From Gammaproteobacteria bacterium (GTDB lineage Bacteria; Pseudomonadota; Gammaproteobacteria; Steroidobacterales; Woeseiaceae): 64,000 nt of DNA. The stretch spans positions 50,209-114,208 of the forward strand of contig QOPG01000001.1 in NCBI GenBank assembly GCA_003331585.1, in the 5' to 3' direction. The position numbers and the translations under genes were made by a program. This document shows, in pieces, positions 18,047 through 27,409 of the stretch (position 1 is its first letter; each line of letters opens with the position of its first letter). The notes beneath the pieces were generated by a model, which saw nothing but the letters and a program-made list of their open reading frames with translations, had not been told where the DNA came from and did not search any database.

Positions 18047-18682
18047 ATGAAATATCATCATGGAAATCTACGCGAAGAACTTATCAAGAGTGCAAGCAAT
18101 TTATGCCATCAGTATGGTTATGAAAAACTGAGCTTGAGAAGTATTGCTAAAGAAGCAAATGTCTCTCAAACTGCCCCCTATCGTCATTTTAAAACAAAAG
18201 AGTGTCTTCTTGCAGCCATCGCTACCAATGGATTCAATGAAATGGAAACATCGATTAACAAAATAATAAACTCTGGAAAATCGGAAAAGATCTCAGAAAA
18301 AACCCTCGTAAATGGTATGTTGGCATACCTAAAATTTGCGGAAAAAAATAACAACATATACGAAATTATGTTCGGTACTGTAATTAATGATTTTGAAACA
18401 TACCCTGATTTACATCAGGCAGCAATGAAGTGTTATGGAGCACTAAAAAGATCGTTAAAAGGATATATTAAATTAGAAAATGATAGTGATTATGATAAAA
18501 AATGTATAAAAATATGGGCATTTCTTCATGGTCTAGTAGGTTTAAATAAAATAGAACAAAAACTAGAAGGAAAAGAGATTATTGAATATCATGATCATAA
18601 TGCAATATCAGCATTAAGAGCAGCAAAAAGAAATTTTGTTTCTTTCATAACCAGCGCCATAAATGGCTTAATAAAGGGTTAA
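18047..18682 (+). CDS. TetR/AcrR family transcriptional regulator
   Basis: 211 aa. N-terminal HTH LSLRSIAKEANVSQTAPYRHFKTKECLL. Divergent from the RND operon. Confidence 0.9.
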   Translation: MKYHHGNLREELIKSASNLCHQYGYEKLSLRSIAKEANVSQTAPYRHFKTKECLLAAIATNGFNEMETSINKIINSGKSEKISEKTLVNGMLAYLKFAEKNNNIYEIMFGTVINDFETYPDLHQAAMKCYGALKRSLKGYIKLENDSDYDKKCIKIWAFLHGLVGLNKIEQKLEGKEIIEYHDHNAISALRAAKRNFVSFITSAINGLIKG

Positions 18683-18689
18683 ATACTCC

Positions 18690-18742
18690 ATCTAAATTAA
18701 TTTAAGTGAGATGAGATTACTTACAGCTCTATTAATTTAGAT
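18690..18742. terminator. AT-rich inverted repeat between convergent genes (weak bidirectional terminator candidate)
   Basis: ATCTAAATTAAT (18690-18701) and ATTAATTTAGAT (18731-18742) are perfect 12-bp arms with a 29-nt loop. An A7 run follows. Confidence 0.3.
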
Positions 18743-18762
18743 AAAAAAATTAAATCTGGCGT

Positions 18763-19707
18763 TTACGATTCATCCTTGTCTTCTATTTTTTCTAAGAATA
18801 CTTCAAGTATTCTTCGATACTCTTCAGGAGCTCTGCTAAGCGAAGCATGAGCAACATCTTTGATCACAATGAATTCAGAGCTAGGAATCATTTTATGAAA
18901 CTTAAAGATTGTCTCAGGACGGGCCTCATCATACTCACCTGTTATAAATAAAACTGGTATATCAATTTTAAAAAGTTGATCAGATAAATCAAAATCAATG
19001 AGATTGCCAGTCGCGTGAAATTCAGTCGGACCCCACATATGCTCATAGATAACTTGGTTCCATGGAGCACCGCCACAATTAACTTCTTCTTTTGCTTTAC
19101 CACGAGTTAGATGACGCTCATAAAACACGCTACTAGCAGCTCGATATTCATCTGTATTAGTAGTATTTGCCTCTTCATGAGTCTTTAACGTATCTTGTAT
19201 ATCCTGAGGCAATTGGCTTCGAAGGTAATTAGCGTCCTCAATCCAAAGAGGCGTACTCAAAAGTGGGCTTGAAAAAATGATGGAGGCTACTCCCGATGTT
19301 CCCTTTTCTAATATATATGCACCAGCAAGTGCTGCACCCCAAGAATGACCAAGCAAGTGAAATTCTTCAAGTTTTAACTCATTACGAATGATATCTAATG
19401 CTTCGATAAACCTATCTACCTCCCAAAGTGATAGATCATCTGGTCGACCTGATCTTCCCGATCCAAGTTGATCATAACGAATAATTGATCGCTGATCTCC
19501 TAGTGGCTCCAACAAGGAAAAACCACATGATGTACTGCCCGGCCCACCGTGCAGTGTAAGTAATGGTAAGCCTTCTCCTGATCCACTTATCTTATACCAA
19601 ACTGGACCACCAGGAACGTTGATAAAGCCCTGGCTTAAATTATCCGCTAAAGAAGTAGTAGATATTATTGGTAAAAAAAACAATATAATGATAGTTAATA
19701 TTCTCAT
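18763..19707 (-). CDS. secreted alpha/beta hydrolase, prolyl aminopeptidase (S33)-like
   Basis: 314 aa with a signal peptide. HGGPG oxyanion motif and canonical nucleophile elbow GHSWG. Confidence 0.8.
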   Translation of the reverse strand: MRILTIIILFFLPIISTTSLADNLSQGFINVPGGPVWYKISGSGEGLPLLTLHGGPGSTSCGFSLLEPLGDQRSIIRYDQLGSGRSGRPDDLSLWEVDRFIEALDIIRNELKLEEFHLLGHSWGAALAGAYILEKGTSGVASIIFSSPLLSTPLWIEDANYLRSQLPQDIQDTLKTHEEANTTNTDEYRAASSVFYERHLTRGKAKEEVNCGGAPWNQVIYEHMWGPTEFHATGNLIDFDLSDQLFKIDIPVLFITGEYDEARPETIFKFHKMIPSSEFIVIKDVAHASLSRAPEEYRRILEVFLEKIEDKDES

Positions 19708-19816
19708 CCAATGAGGATATCAGATGTTAATAATTGTTAAAATTCATTATAGTAAATACAGTAAAATTTATTTGATATAATGTTATATATTTATATCTTT
19801 ATTGTATAATCGTAAA

Positions 19817-21223
19817 ATGCCTTCTACTCTTTTTGAAAAAATTTGGAAATCTCACCTCGTCATTCAAGGTGATGTTCACCCTGATCTTGTTTATGTAGAT
19901 CGAATTTTCCTGCATGAACGAACAGGTAGTTTTGCTCTAAAGAGTCTTAAAGAAAGAGGATTAAAGGTAAAAAATCCAAAACATGTTTTTGCAACTATGG
20001 ATCATATTGTAGACACTTTTCCAGGAAGAGGCGATGAAACACTCATGCCAGGTGGAAAAAAATTCATTCGAACAATGAGAGAGTTAGCCAAAGAATTTGA
20101 CGTAACTCTTTTTGATATTAATGATCCCAGGCATGGAATTTCTCATCTCATCTCAGCTGAACAAGGCATAACTCTTCCCGGAAACATAGTAACCTGTCCT
20201 GATAGCCATACATGCACTCTTGGGGCTCTGGGAGCCATTGGTTGGGGAGTTGGGTCTAGTGACTGTGAACACGCTTTGGCGACCAGCACATTAACAGGGG
20301 AAAAACCCAAACAAATGCAAATTATCTTTTCAGGTGAACTTAATGAAGGGGTAAATTCAAAAGATATGATGCTTCATCTCATGCAGAAATATTCAGTTTC
20401 AGGTGGATCAGGTTATGCAATTGAGTTTTCTGGTAACACAATTAAAAATATGGCTTTGGAAAATCGATTTACACTATGCAACATGGCAGTTGAATTTTCT
20501 GCTTTCACAGGGATCATTGCTCCAGATCAAAAGGTAATTGATTACCTCAAAGACCGCCCATATGCTCCCAATCATAAATGGTCTGATGCCGTTAATTTCT
20601 GGAATAGTCTATATAGTGACAAGAACGCTATATTTGATGAGGTAATTGAAATTGATTCGTCCCAAATCTATCCATCTGTATCTTGGGGTTTAAGTCCAGA
20701 ACAATCGATTGCGATCAATGACTCAATTCCAAATATAAATGAAATCACTAATCCAGATAAAAAAGAAGAGCTAAAAAGTTCTCTAATATATATGGGCTTA
20801 GAAAGTGGTCAATCATTAATGCATCTTCCTATTGATGCTGCCTTCATTGGTTCATGCACCAATGCAAGATTAGATGATTTGAGATCTGCTGCAAAAATTC
20901 TTAAAGGCAATAAAGTATCACCCGATGTTCTCGCTATCTGTACCCCAGCTTCAGCAGATATAAAACGCAATGCGGAGAGAGAAGGAATTGATCAAATATT
21001 CAAAGATTCTGGATTTCAGTGGCGTGAGCCTGGTTGTTCTTTGTGTTTTTATGCGGGAGGTGAGGGTTTTTTGCCGAAACAAAGGGTCATAACAAGTACT
21101 AATAGAAACTTCAGAGGCAGGCAAGGACCTGCTGTTAGATCACATCTTGCTAGTCCTGCAACAGTAGCTGCTTCAGCTATTGCAGGAAAAATAATTCCAT
21201 CAATTGAGGTTTGCAAGAAATGA
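19817..21223 (+). CDS. aconitase-family dehydratase large subunit (LeuC-like paralogue)
   Basis: ATG at 19817 (MPSTLFEKIWKSH). Motifs ATMDH, PDSHTC, GSCTNARLDD, TSTNRNFRGRQG. Confidence 0.85.
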   Translation: MPSTLFEKIWKSHLVIQGDVHPDLVYVDRIFLHERTGSFALKSLKERGLKVKNPKHVFATMDHIVDTFPGRGDETLMPGGKKFIRTMRELAKEFDVTLFDINDPRHGISHLISAEQGITLPGNIVTCPDSHTCTLGALGAIGWGVGSSDCEHALATSTLTGEKPKQMQIIFSGELNEGVNSKDMMLHLMQKYSVSGGSGYAIEFSGNTIKNMALENRFTLCNMAVEFSAFTGIIAPDQKVIDYLKDRPYAPNHKWSDAVNFWNSLYSDKNAIFDEVIEIDSSQIYPSVSWGLSPEQSIAINDSIPNINEITNPDKKEELKSSLIYMGLESGQSLMHLPIDAAFIGSCTNARLDDLRSAAKILKGNKVSPDVLAICTPASADIKRNAEREGIDQIFKDSGFQWREPGCSLCFYAGGEGFLPKQRVITSTNRNFRGRQGPAVRSHLASPATVAASAIAGKIIPSIEVCKK

Positions 21224-21846
21224 ATTGGGCAGAACCACTTAATACTATTGCAGCGCCATTGATGATAGATAATATTGATACCGATCAAATTATTCCCTCG
21301 CGTGAGATGAAAACCATTTCAAAAAAAGGACTAAAGAGTGGTTTATTCGCAAACTGGCAATATTTCTATTCAGAGGGAAAAAAGATTGGACTCAACAATG
21401 ACTTTATTCTTAATAAGAACGAATTCAGGCATACAGAAATCCTTATTAGCGGGAAAAATTTTGGTTGCGGATCATCCAGAGAACACGCTGTGTGGGCGCT
21501 AAGAGATTTTGGAATAAATGTGGTAATTGCCAAATCTTTTGGTCGAATTTTTAAAAATAACTGCACTCGTAATCAACTTCTGACCATCGAGCTTAGCGAT
21601 GAAAAAATAGATTACATCGGTGGCTTAGTTATAAAAGGTAGAGGGTATAACTTAATTACAATTGACCTGAAAGAACAAATGATTACCACCTATGATAATA
21701 AAAAAATTAAGTTTGAAGTCGATCCGTATCTAATGGGAATGTTGTTAAAGAATCAAGATTTTATTGATCGTTCTATCAGTCATGAAATTGAAATTAATGA
21801 CTTCATCAAAAAAGATAAAGTCAAAAGGCATTGGGCATATTTATGA
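21220..21846 (+). CDS. aconitase-family dehydratase small subunit (LeuD-like)
   Basis: ATGA start/stop overlap with the large subunit. Motifs NIDTDQIIP and GKNFGCGSSREHA. Confidence 0.85.
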   Translation: MNWAEPLNTIAAPLMIDNIDTDQIIPSREMKTISKKGLKSGLFANWQYFYSEGKKIGLNNDFILNKNEFRHTEILISGKNFGCGSSREHAVWALRDFGINVVIAKSFGRIFKNNCTRNQLLTIELSDEKIDYIGGLVIKGRGYNLITIDLKEQMITTYDNKKIKFEVDPYLMGMLLKNQDFIDRSISHEIEINDFIKKDKVKRHWAYL

Positions 21847-23028
21847 TTTTTTCGTATCAACAATCTTTTCTTTTATAAATTCATCAATTTCTGATTGATG
21901 AAATCCTGCTTCTGCCAATATCTCACTCGTATGCTCGCCTGATCTCGGGATATCTTTTCTCACAGAGAATTTCTTTTCACTCATTTCAATTGGAAGTGCT
22001 GGCAACTTTATTTTTTTATTACCTTCCAAGGCAACCTCAACCAAACCACCAGATGCTTGCATATGTTTATCTTCAATTAAATCTTCTGGACGCTTTATAG
22101 GGGCAAACGGAAGACCGCTTATCTCCAGCTTTTCTAATAATTCTTTGAGTAACATTTTAGAAAATCGTTTCTGAAGAATTGGAATCAGTCTATCTCGCTG
22201 ATTTACTCTATCGTTATTTCTTTCCAAGGAAGTATCTCTAATAAATTCATGGAATTCAAAATCTTGACAAAAAGTTTTCCATTGAGAGTCACTGACCACA
22301 GCAATGAATATTTTTTCATCATCTTTTGTATCAAAAACATCATAAACCGCCCAAGCAGAAGTCCTTTCAGGCATAGGGGGTGCAGGTTCACCAGTCACAC
22401 CAAATTGAGCCATGTGTTGCCCAACCAAAAAAACTGTACTTTCATAAAGCGAACTCATTACAAATTGACCTTTCCCTGAAATATTTCGTTCCTGAAGTGC
22501 AGCCATAATCGCTATTACACCAAACATTCCTCCCATGACATCAATTACTGATGCACCTGCTCTTAGAGGTTTTCCTGAAGGCCCTGTCATATAGGCTAAA
22601 CCACCCATCATTTGAGCGACTTCATCAAGAGCTGTTCTATTGGCATAAGGGCCAGAGAGAAAACCTTTATTCGAGCAGTAAATGAGTTTTGAATTAAGTT
22701 TTTTTATAGATTCATAATCCAAATTCAATTTTTTCATCGCTCCTGATCTAAAATTTTCAATCAAAATATCACTTGAAGAGATAAGTGTTTTTGCTATTTT
22801 TATTCCATCATCTGTTTTAAGATTGACTTTAATACTTCTTTTATTGCGGTTGTACATCGGGAAATAACCTGCACCTGATCCCTTTAATATTCTAGTTTTA
22901 TCTCCATCGATGGGCTCAATTTTAATAACATCAGCTCCTAGATCAGCTAAGATTAATCCTGCAGAGGGACCCATGACCATATGAGAGAACTCAATTACTT
23001 TTATGTTTTTTAGTGGAAGATTATTCAT
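21841..23028 (-). CDS. family III CoA-transferase (CaiB/BaiF-like)
   Basis: 395 aa. N-terminal LKNIKVIEFSHMVMGPSAGLILADLGADVIKIEP. Confidence 0.9.
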   Translation of the reverse strand: MNNLPLKNIKVIEFSHMVMGPSAGLILADLGADVIKIEPIDGDKTRILKGSGAGYFPMYNRNKRSIKVNLKTDDGIKIAKTLISSSDILIENFRSGAMKKLNLDYESIKKLNSKLIYCSNKGFLSGPYANRTALDEVAQMMGGLAYMTGPSGKPLRAGASVIDVMGGMFGVIAIMAALQERNISGKGQFVMSSLYESTVFLVGQHMAQFGVTGEPAPPMPERTSAWAVYDVFDTKDDEKIFIAVVSDSQWKTFCQDFEFHEFIRDTSLERNNDRVNQRDRLIPILQKRFSKMLLKELLEKLEISGLPFAPIKRPEDLIEDKHMQASGGLVEVALEGNKKIKLPALPIEMSEKKFSVRKDIPRSGEHTSEILAEAGFHQSEIDEFIKEKIVDTKKS

Positions 23029-23080
23029 AATTCAGACACATTGTTGATGCTTATCAATAAGATGAAAATAGATTTTAAAT

Positions 23081-23100
23081 AAGTTATATTAATATAACTT
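23081..23100. promoter_or_regulatory. perfect 20-bp palindrome, candidate operator in a divergent promoter region
   Basis: AAGTTATATTAATATAACTT is its own reverse complement. It lies between the CoA-transferase (-) and HMG-CoA-lyase-like (+) starts. Confidence 0.5.
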
Positions 23101-23183
23101 TAATACCTTTTTCTTGAAACTGGAAGTAATAAGAAAACTAAATATTTCTTCCAAAAAAAATATGCGTCAAACATAATATACTT

Positions 23184-24104
23184 ATGGCAAATAAACAAAT
23201 ACTCGTCAGCGAAGTTGGTCCAAGGGATGGCCTTCAAAGCATTGATGCGATACTGCCAACAGAAATTAAAAAAAACTGGATTCTTGCTATGGTGGATGCA
23301 GGCATTCAGGAAATAGAAGTTGGCTCCTTTGTTCCAGCTTCAATTATCCCTCAATTAGCTGATACAGCTGAAATCGTAGAATACGCTATCACCATACCGA
23401 ATCTCACAGTGGCAGCATTAGTACCCAATCTAAGAGGCGCTATTAACGCCATTGATTCTGGAGCACATAAAATCTCAATTCCATTTTCCACAAGCGAAAC
23501 ACACAGTATAAGAAATGTAAAAAGAACACATGAACAAATGTTTGATGAAATTAAAAAAGTATCAGACTACATCAATAATAATAACTGTTCGACTCATCTT
23601 GAAGTCGCTTTAGCCACTGCTTTTGGCTGCTCAATAATTGGGGAGGTTCCTGAAGATTTAGTTATCAAATCAGCAGAAAAAATTATGGAAGCTGGAAGTA
23701 AAGAAATAGTTTTATCAGATACAACCGGTTATGGTGATCCAGCTACAGTAAAAAAATTAATAAGAAAACTTCAATCTGCGATTGGTAAAGATAAAATTAA
23801 TGGCATACATCTCCATAATACACGAGGTCTCGGATTGGCTAACGCTTTTGCCGCGATAGAAGAAGGAATCACAACAATTGATAGTTCTATCAGTGGGATT
23901 GGTGGTTGTCCCTTCGCTCCTGGGGCAAGTGGTAACATTGTCACAGAAGATCTTGTATTCATGTTAGATGCAATGGGCTATGAAACAGGGATAGATTTAG
24001 AAAAATTATTTTCAATTAGAAATATTCTATCAGACGCTATGCCCGATGAACCATTATACGGATATACTATTGATGCAGGCTTACCTGTCGGTTATAAATA
24101 CTGA
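23184..24104 (+). CDS. hydroxymethylglutaryl-CoA lyase family (HMGL-like) protein
   Basis: 306 aa. Motifs VGPRDGLQ, IHLHNTRG, GIGGCPFAPGASGN. Confidence 0.9.
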   Translation: MANKQILVSEVGPRDGLQSIDAILPTEIKKNWILAMVDAGIQEIEVGSFVPASIIPQLADTAEIVEYAITIPNLTVAALVPNLRGAINAIDSGAHKISIPFSTSETHSIRNVKRTHEQMFDEIKKVSDYINNNNCSTHLEVALATAFGCSIIGEVPEDLVIKSAEKIMEAGSKEIVLSDTTGYGDPATVKKLIRKLQSAIGKDKINGIHLHNTRGLGLANAFAAIEEGITTIDSSISGIGGCPFAPGASGNIVTEDLVFMLDAMGYETGIDLEKLFSIRNILSDAMPDEPLYGYTIDAGLPVGYKY

Positions 24105-24112
24105 GAAAAAGA

Positions 24113-24982
24113 ATGAGTGATAAAAAAGACATAAAAATTATTGATGCTGTTGTCAATGTATGGACAGAAGAAGCACTATCGGTGAGACCAGACTGGGGAA
24201 CTGATTTTTTTGTTGAAAAAATGAAAGCCAATAAAGAGCTTATGAATGGCCTATCTTTGGAAAATATGATCTTAAGAATGAATTCTGCTGGAATTGATCA
24301 TGCATTCCTCATAGCGGCAAAATCAGGGAGACCTGGATTGCCTGGCTGTTATCATATGCCCCCTGAGATTGTTGCTAATGCCGTCAAAGAGCATCCAAAT
24401 AAATTTTCTGGAATCATTGGTATAGACCCCTTCACAGGCATGCAAGGAGTGAGGGAGCTTGAAATTGCTGTCAATGATATGGGTTTTATCGGTGCTCACC
24501 TCTATCCACATTGGTTCGAATTACCGCCTAATCATGCCAAATATTATCCCTTTTACGCAAAGTGCTGCGAGTTGGGCATTCCCATTCAGATGCAAGTTGG
24601 ACAATCAATGATCTATTCAAAGGAATTTCCTTGTAAAAGTGTTGGCCAGCCAATTCATCTAGACGCAATAGCATGTGATTTTCCCGAACTAAAAATAATT
24701 GGAATACATGTAGGCATTCCTTGGACTGATGAAATGATCGCAATGTCATGGAAGCATGATAATGTTTATATAGGCTGTGATGCACACAGTCCAAAATATT
24801 GGCCTCAGAGTTTTAACAACTACATCAATAGTTATGGTCAGAATAAAGTTATATTTGGTACAGATTTTCCTGTTCTTGATTTTGAAAGGACAGTCAATGA
24901 AATCTATGCTCTAGACTTTAAATCAGAAGTCCTTGACAAAATTTTAAGAGAAAATACAAAAAAGATATATTCCCTTGAGTGA
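24113..24982 (+). CDS. amidohydrolase_2 family metal-dependent hydrolase/decarboxylase (ACMSD/LigI-like)
   Basis: 289 aa. C-terminal FGTDFPV motif typical of the family. Confidence 0.75.
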   Translation: MSDKKDIKIIDAVVNVWTEEALSVRPDWGTDFFVEKMKANKELMNGLSLENMILRMNSAGIDHAFLIAAKSGRPGLPGCYHMPPEIVANAVKEHPNKFSGIIGIDPFTGMQGVRELEIAVNDMGFIGAHLYPHWFELPPNHAKYYPFYAKCCELGIPIQMQVGQSMIYSKEFPCKSVGQPIHLDAIACDFPELKIIGIHVGIPWTDEMIAMSWKHDNVYIGCDAHSPKYWPQSFNNYINSYGQNKVIFGTDFPVLDFERTVNEIYALDFKSEVLDKILRENTKKIYSLE

Positions 24983-24987
24983 TTAAC

Positions 24988-26439
24988 ATGAACATCGCTG
25001 CATATGTTAAAAATCATGCGAATCACAATGGCAATAAAATTGCCATAATTCATTCAAATACAAAATACACATACAAGAAAATTTGGTCTCTAATTGAAGG
25101 TGTATGTGAAATTCTTATTTCAAAGGGAGTAGCAAAAGGTGATCGTGTTGGTTTATCCATGAAAGATCATCCTTTACATCTAATCGCTCACTTTTCTGTC
25201 GCTGCTATTGGAGGAGTAATAGTTCCAATTGATCATAGATGGACCGATAAAGAGAAGCAAAATACATCTATCACATTCAAAATTAAACTAATAATCACCG
25301 ATCAAGAGAGCCCAAAAAATATTGAATCAATTACGCTCAAAGAATCTGATATCTCAGAAAAAACCTCATCTTCTCATCATATAGACCTAGATTATGATAA
25401 AGAGTTACTTATTTCTCTCTCATCTGGCACAACCGGAAAACCTAAGGGAGCAATTCTTAGTCACGATAACCTGTATCAAAGATTTGAAAGCCAGTGGAGA
25501 TCGATTGGCTTTAATAGAAACGATTATTTTGCCTTACTCACGCCTCTTTTTTTTGGAGCTGGACGATCATTTGCAATGAGTATGCTCGTTGTTGGAGGTA
25601 CGGTCGAAATTGCACCGCCACCGCTCAAACCTGAAGAAATTATCCAAATTCTAAAGAAGAAATACATCAGCGCTACATTTCTTCCACCAACATTATTGAG
25701 AAGATTGATTCCGTTTTCTCTATCTTCTAAGCCTATGTTTAGCCAACTTCAGTACCTCATATATAGTGGCGAGCCTCTTCATAGCGAAGAGGTTTTAGAG
25801 TGCCTTAATAAGATCTCATCAAATTTAACAGGTTATTACGCCTCGAGTGAGGGTGGAGGAATTTCACTTATTAAACCTAAAGAATTAAGAGAGTTTTCTA
25901 ACACAGTAGGTTCACCAATTCATCAAACTGAAATTAAAATCGTAGACGATACTGATTCGATCGTAGGAGAAAATGTAATTGGAAAACTCAAGTACAGGGG
26001 TCCGGGTGTAGCTACTAAATTCATTGATGATAAAGGCAATGAGTCATCCACAAACAAAGATGGTGGATGGTTTGCTCCAGGTGATCTAGCAATGATGCTG
26101 CCATCCGGTCACATAGAGTTAATTGGAAGAGGTGATGATGTAATCATTCGAGGTGGAATAAATATCTACCCTAATGAAATTGAGTCCATACTGTCTAAAG
26201 CTAATGAAATAAAAGAGGTCGTCGTCGTCGGTCATAAAGATAGAAAGTTTGGAGAAACGATTATTGCTTTTGTTGAAACTACTAATGATTTTGATCCGAA
26301 AAAAGTCTTAGACTATTGTAAAGAACACCTTGCCCCATATAAGATCCCAGAGAAATTCATAAAAATGGATTCTTTACCAAAAAAAGAATCAGGGAAAATT
26401 GACAAAAAACAACTCAGACAAAGTCTGATTAGCTCATAA
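24988..26439 (+). CDS. AMP-dependent synthetase/ligase (acyl-CoA synthetase-like)
   Basis: ATG at 24988. AMP-binding motif LSSGTTGKPKGA and C-terminal PKKESGKIDKK. Confidence 0.9.
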   Translation: MNIAAYVKNHANHNGNKIAIIHSNTKYTYKKIWSLIEGVCEILISKGVAKGDRVGLSMKDHPLHLIAHFSVAAIGGVIVPIDHRWTDKEKQNTSITFKIKLIITDQESPKNIESITLKESDISEKTSSSHHIDLDYDKELLISLSSGTTGKPKGAILSHDNLYQRFESQWRSIGFNRNDYFALLTPLFFGAGRSFAMSMLVVGGTVEIAPPPLKPEEIIQILKKKYISATFLPPTLLRRLIPFSLSSKPMFSQLQYLIYSGEPLHSEEVLECLNKISSNLTGYYASSEGGGISLIKPKELREFSNTVGSPIHQTEIKIVDDTDSIVGENVIGKLKYRGPGVATKFIDDKGNESSTNKDGGWFAPGDLAMMLPSGHIELIGRGDDVIIRGGINIYPNEIESILSKANEIKEVVVVGHKDRKFGETIIAFVETTNDFDPKKVLDYCKEHLAPYKIPEKFIKMDSLPKKESGKIDKKQLRQSLISS

Positions 26440-26440
26440 A

Positions 26441-27379
26441 TCAGTGATCGTGATCGTGATGATGGTGCGTCCCATCAGCGTGAGTATGCCCCTTTCTTTT
26501 CATTGTATCTTCAAAATCTTCAGGTCCATGAGGATGATTGTGACTCATATTGACACACCATTTATAAAGAAAAGGATCACGTTTAGCTAATCTAGCAGCA
26601 GATCTTAGTTGATTTTCATCAGGTGTACTCCAGGGATTATAGTGAAAGTGATTATATAATTTAGAGTCTGTTCTCCCAAAAGCTATGCATCCATATTCAC
26701 TCGCAAATGCACCGTGATTAATATAGGGAGGGCGCCAGAAATATCCGCCTGTGGGAAGATCACCAAATTGCATCATCCAAGAGGTGCCCCATAAATGGTA
26801 ACCCTCCTCTGCGCAATCATGATAGGAAATATTATCTTGATGAAACTGGGGAGTCATGCAGTACAAAAAAGACATGGCATGAGAATCTGGATTGTAATTT
26901 AGAAGTTTAATCATACAGCCAGCCGCAACTGAAGGGCTCACTACATTACCTGGCGCCCAAACAATGTCTTTGTATGAATCTACATGATGATATAACTCAG
27001 TTCTTGAAAATTGATGGTGTTGATCGCTTTCGATCAAATTTGGTTCTCCAGTGTTATACATCATTAACAATAACGCACCATGCTCACTTTCGATTTGAGG
27101 AAGCGCATATCCAGCCGGAACAAAAAAGTAATGGCCTCTATTGCAGGTCATATCACCAACCTTTATAACTCCCTCAACAACAACTATTTCAAGTTCGGAA
27201 TAACTGAAACCAGGAGGCTGTTTATATCCGCTATCGAGTTGAACAGTTAGAGAGCATGCTCCAGTTTCATTATCTAAACTGAGGGTTTTGTATCTGAATC
27301 CTGACCCAAAACCGGGCAATATCATATTTTTAAAACTAACATCACGATCGCAAAATGGCTCAATATGTGGTCTCGACAT
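26441..27379 (-). CDS. bicupin protein with C-terminal histidine-rich tail
   Basis: 312 aa with two cupin-like halves. The second carries YHDCAEEGYHLWG and PPYINHG. The tail HNHPHG...GHTHADGTHHHHDHDH has 11 His in the last 33 residues. SD GGAGAAG. Confidence 0.7.
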   Translation of the reverse strand: MSRPHIEPFCDRDVSFKNMILPGFGSGFRYKTLSLDNETGACSLTVQLDSGYKQPPGFSYSELEIVVVEGVIKVGDMTCNRGHYFFVPAGYALPQIESEHGALLLMMYNTGEPNLIESDQHHQFSRTELYHHVDSYKDIVWAPGNVVSPSVAAGCMIKLLNYNPDSHAMSFLYCMTPQFHQDNISYHDCAEEGYHLWGTSWMMQFGDLPTGGYFWRPPYINHGAFASEYGCIAFGRTDSKLYNHFHYNPWSTPDENQLRSAARLAKRDPFLYKWCVNMSHNHPHGPEDFEDTMKRKGHTHADGTHHHHDHDH

Positions 27380-27409
27380 TTTTCTTCTCCGTTATCTGAT
27401 CTTGTTCTA

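Noticed and set aside
19774-19797. Inverted repeat GATATAA-N10-TTATATC and direct AGTAAA repeats upstream of the LeuC-like gene
   Set aside because: The repeats are short and composed purely of A/T, so chance occurrence in this composition is high. Mentioned only for completeness.
24508-24522. tRNA T-loop-like string GGTTCGAAT
   Set aside because: It lies inside the amidohydrolase CDS. No acceptor or anticodon stems can be built around it.
26441-26475. Tandem hexamer repeat GTGATC GTGATC GTGATG ATGGTG
   Set aside because: It is the coding sequence of the His/Asp-rich C-terminus of the cupin on the reverse strand, not an independent DNA repeat element.
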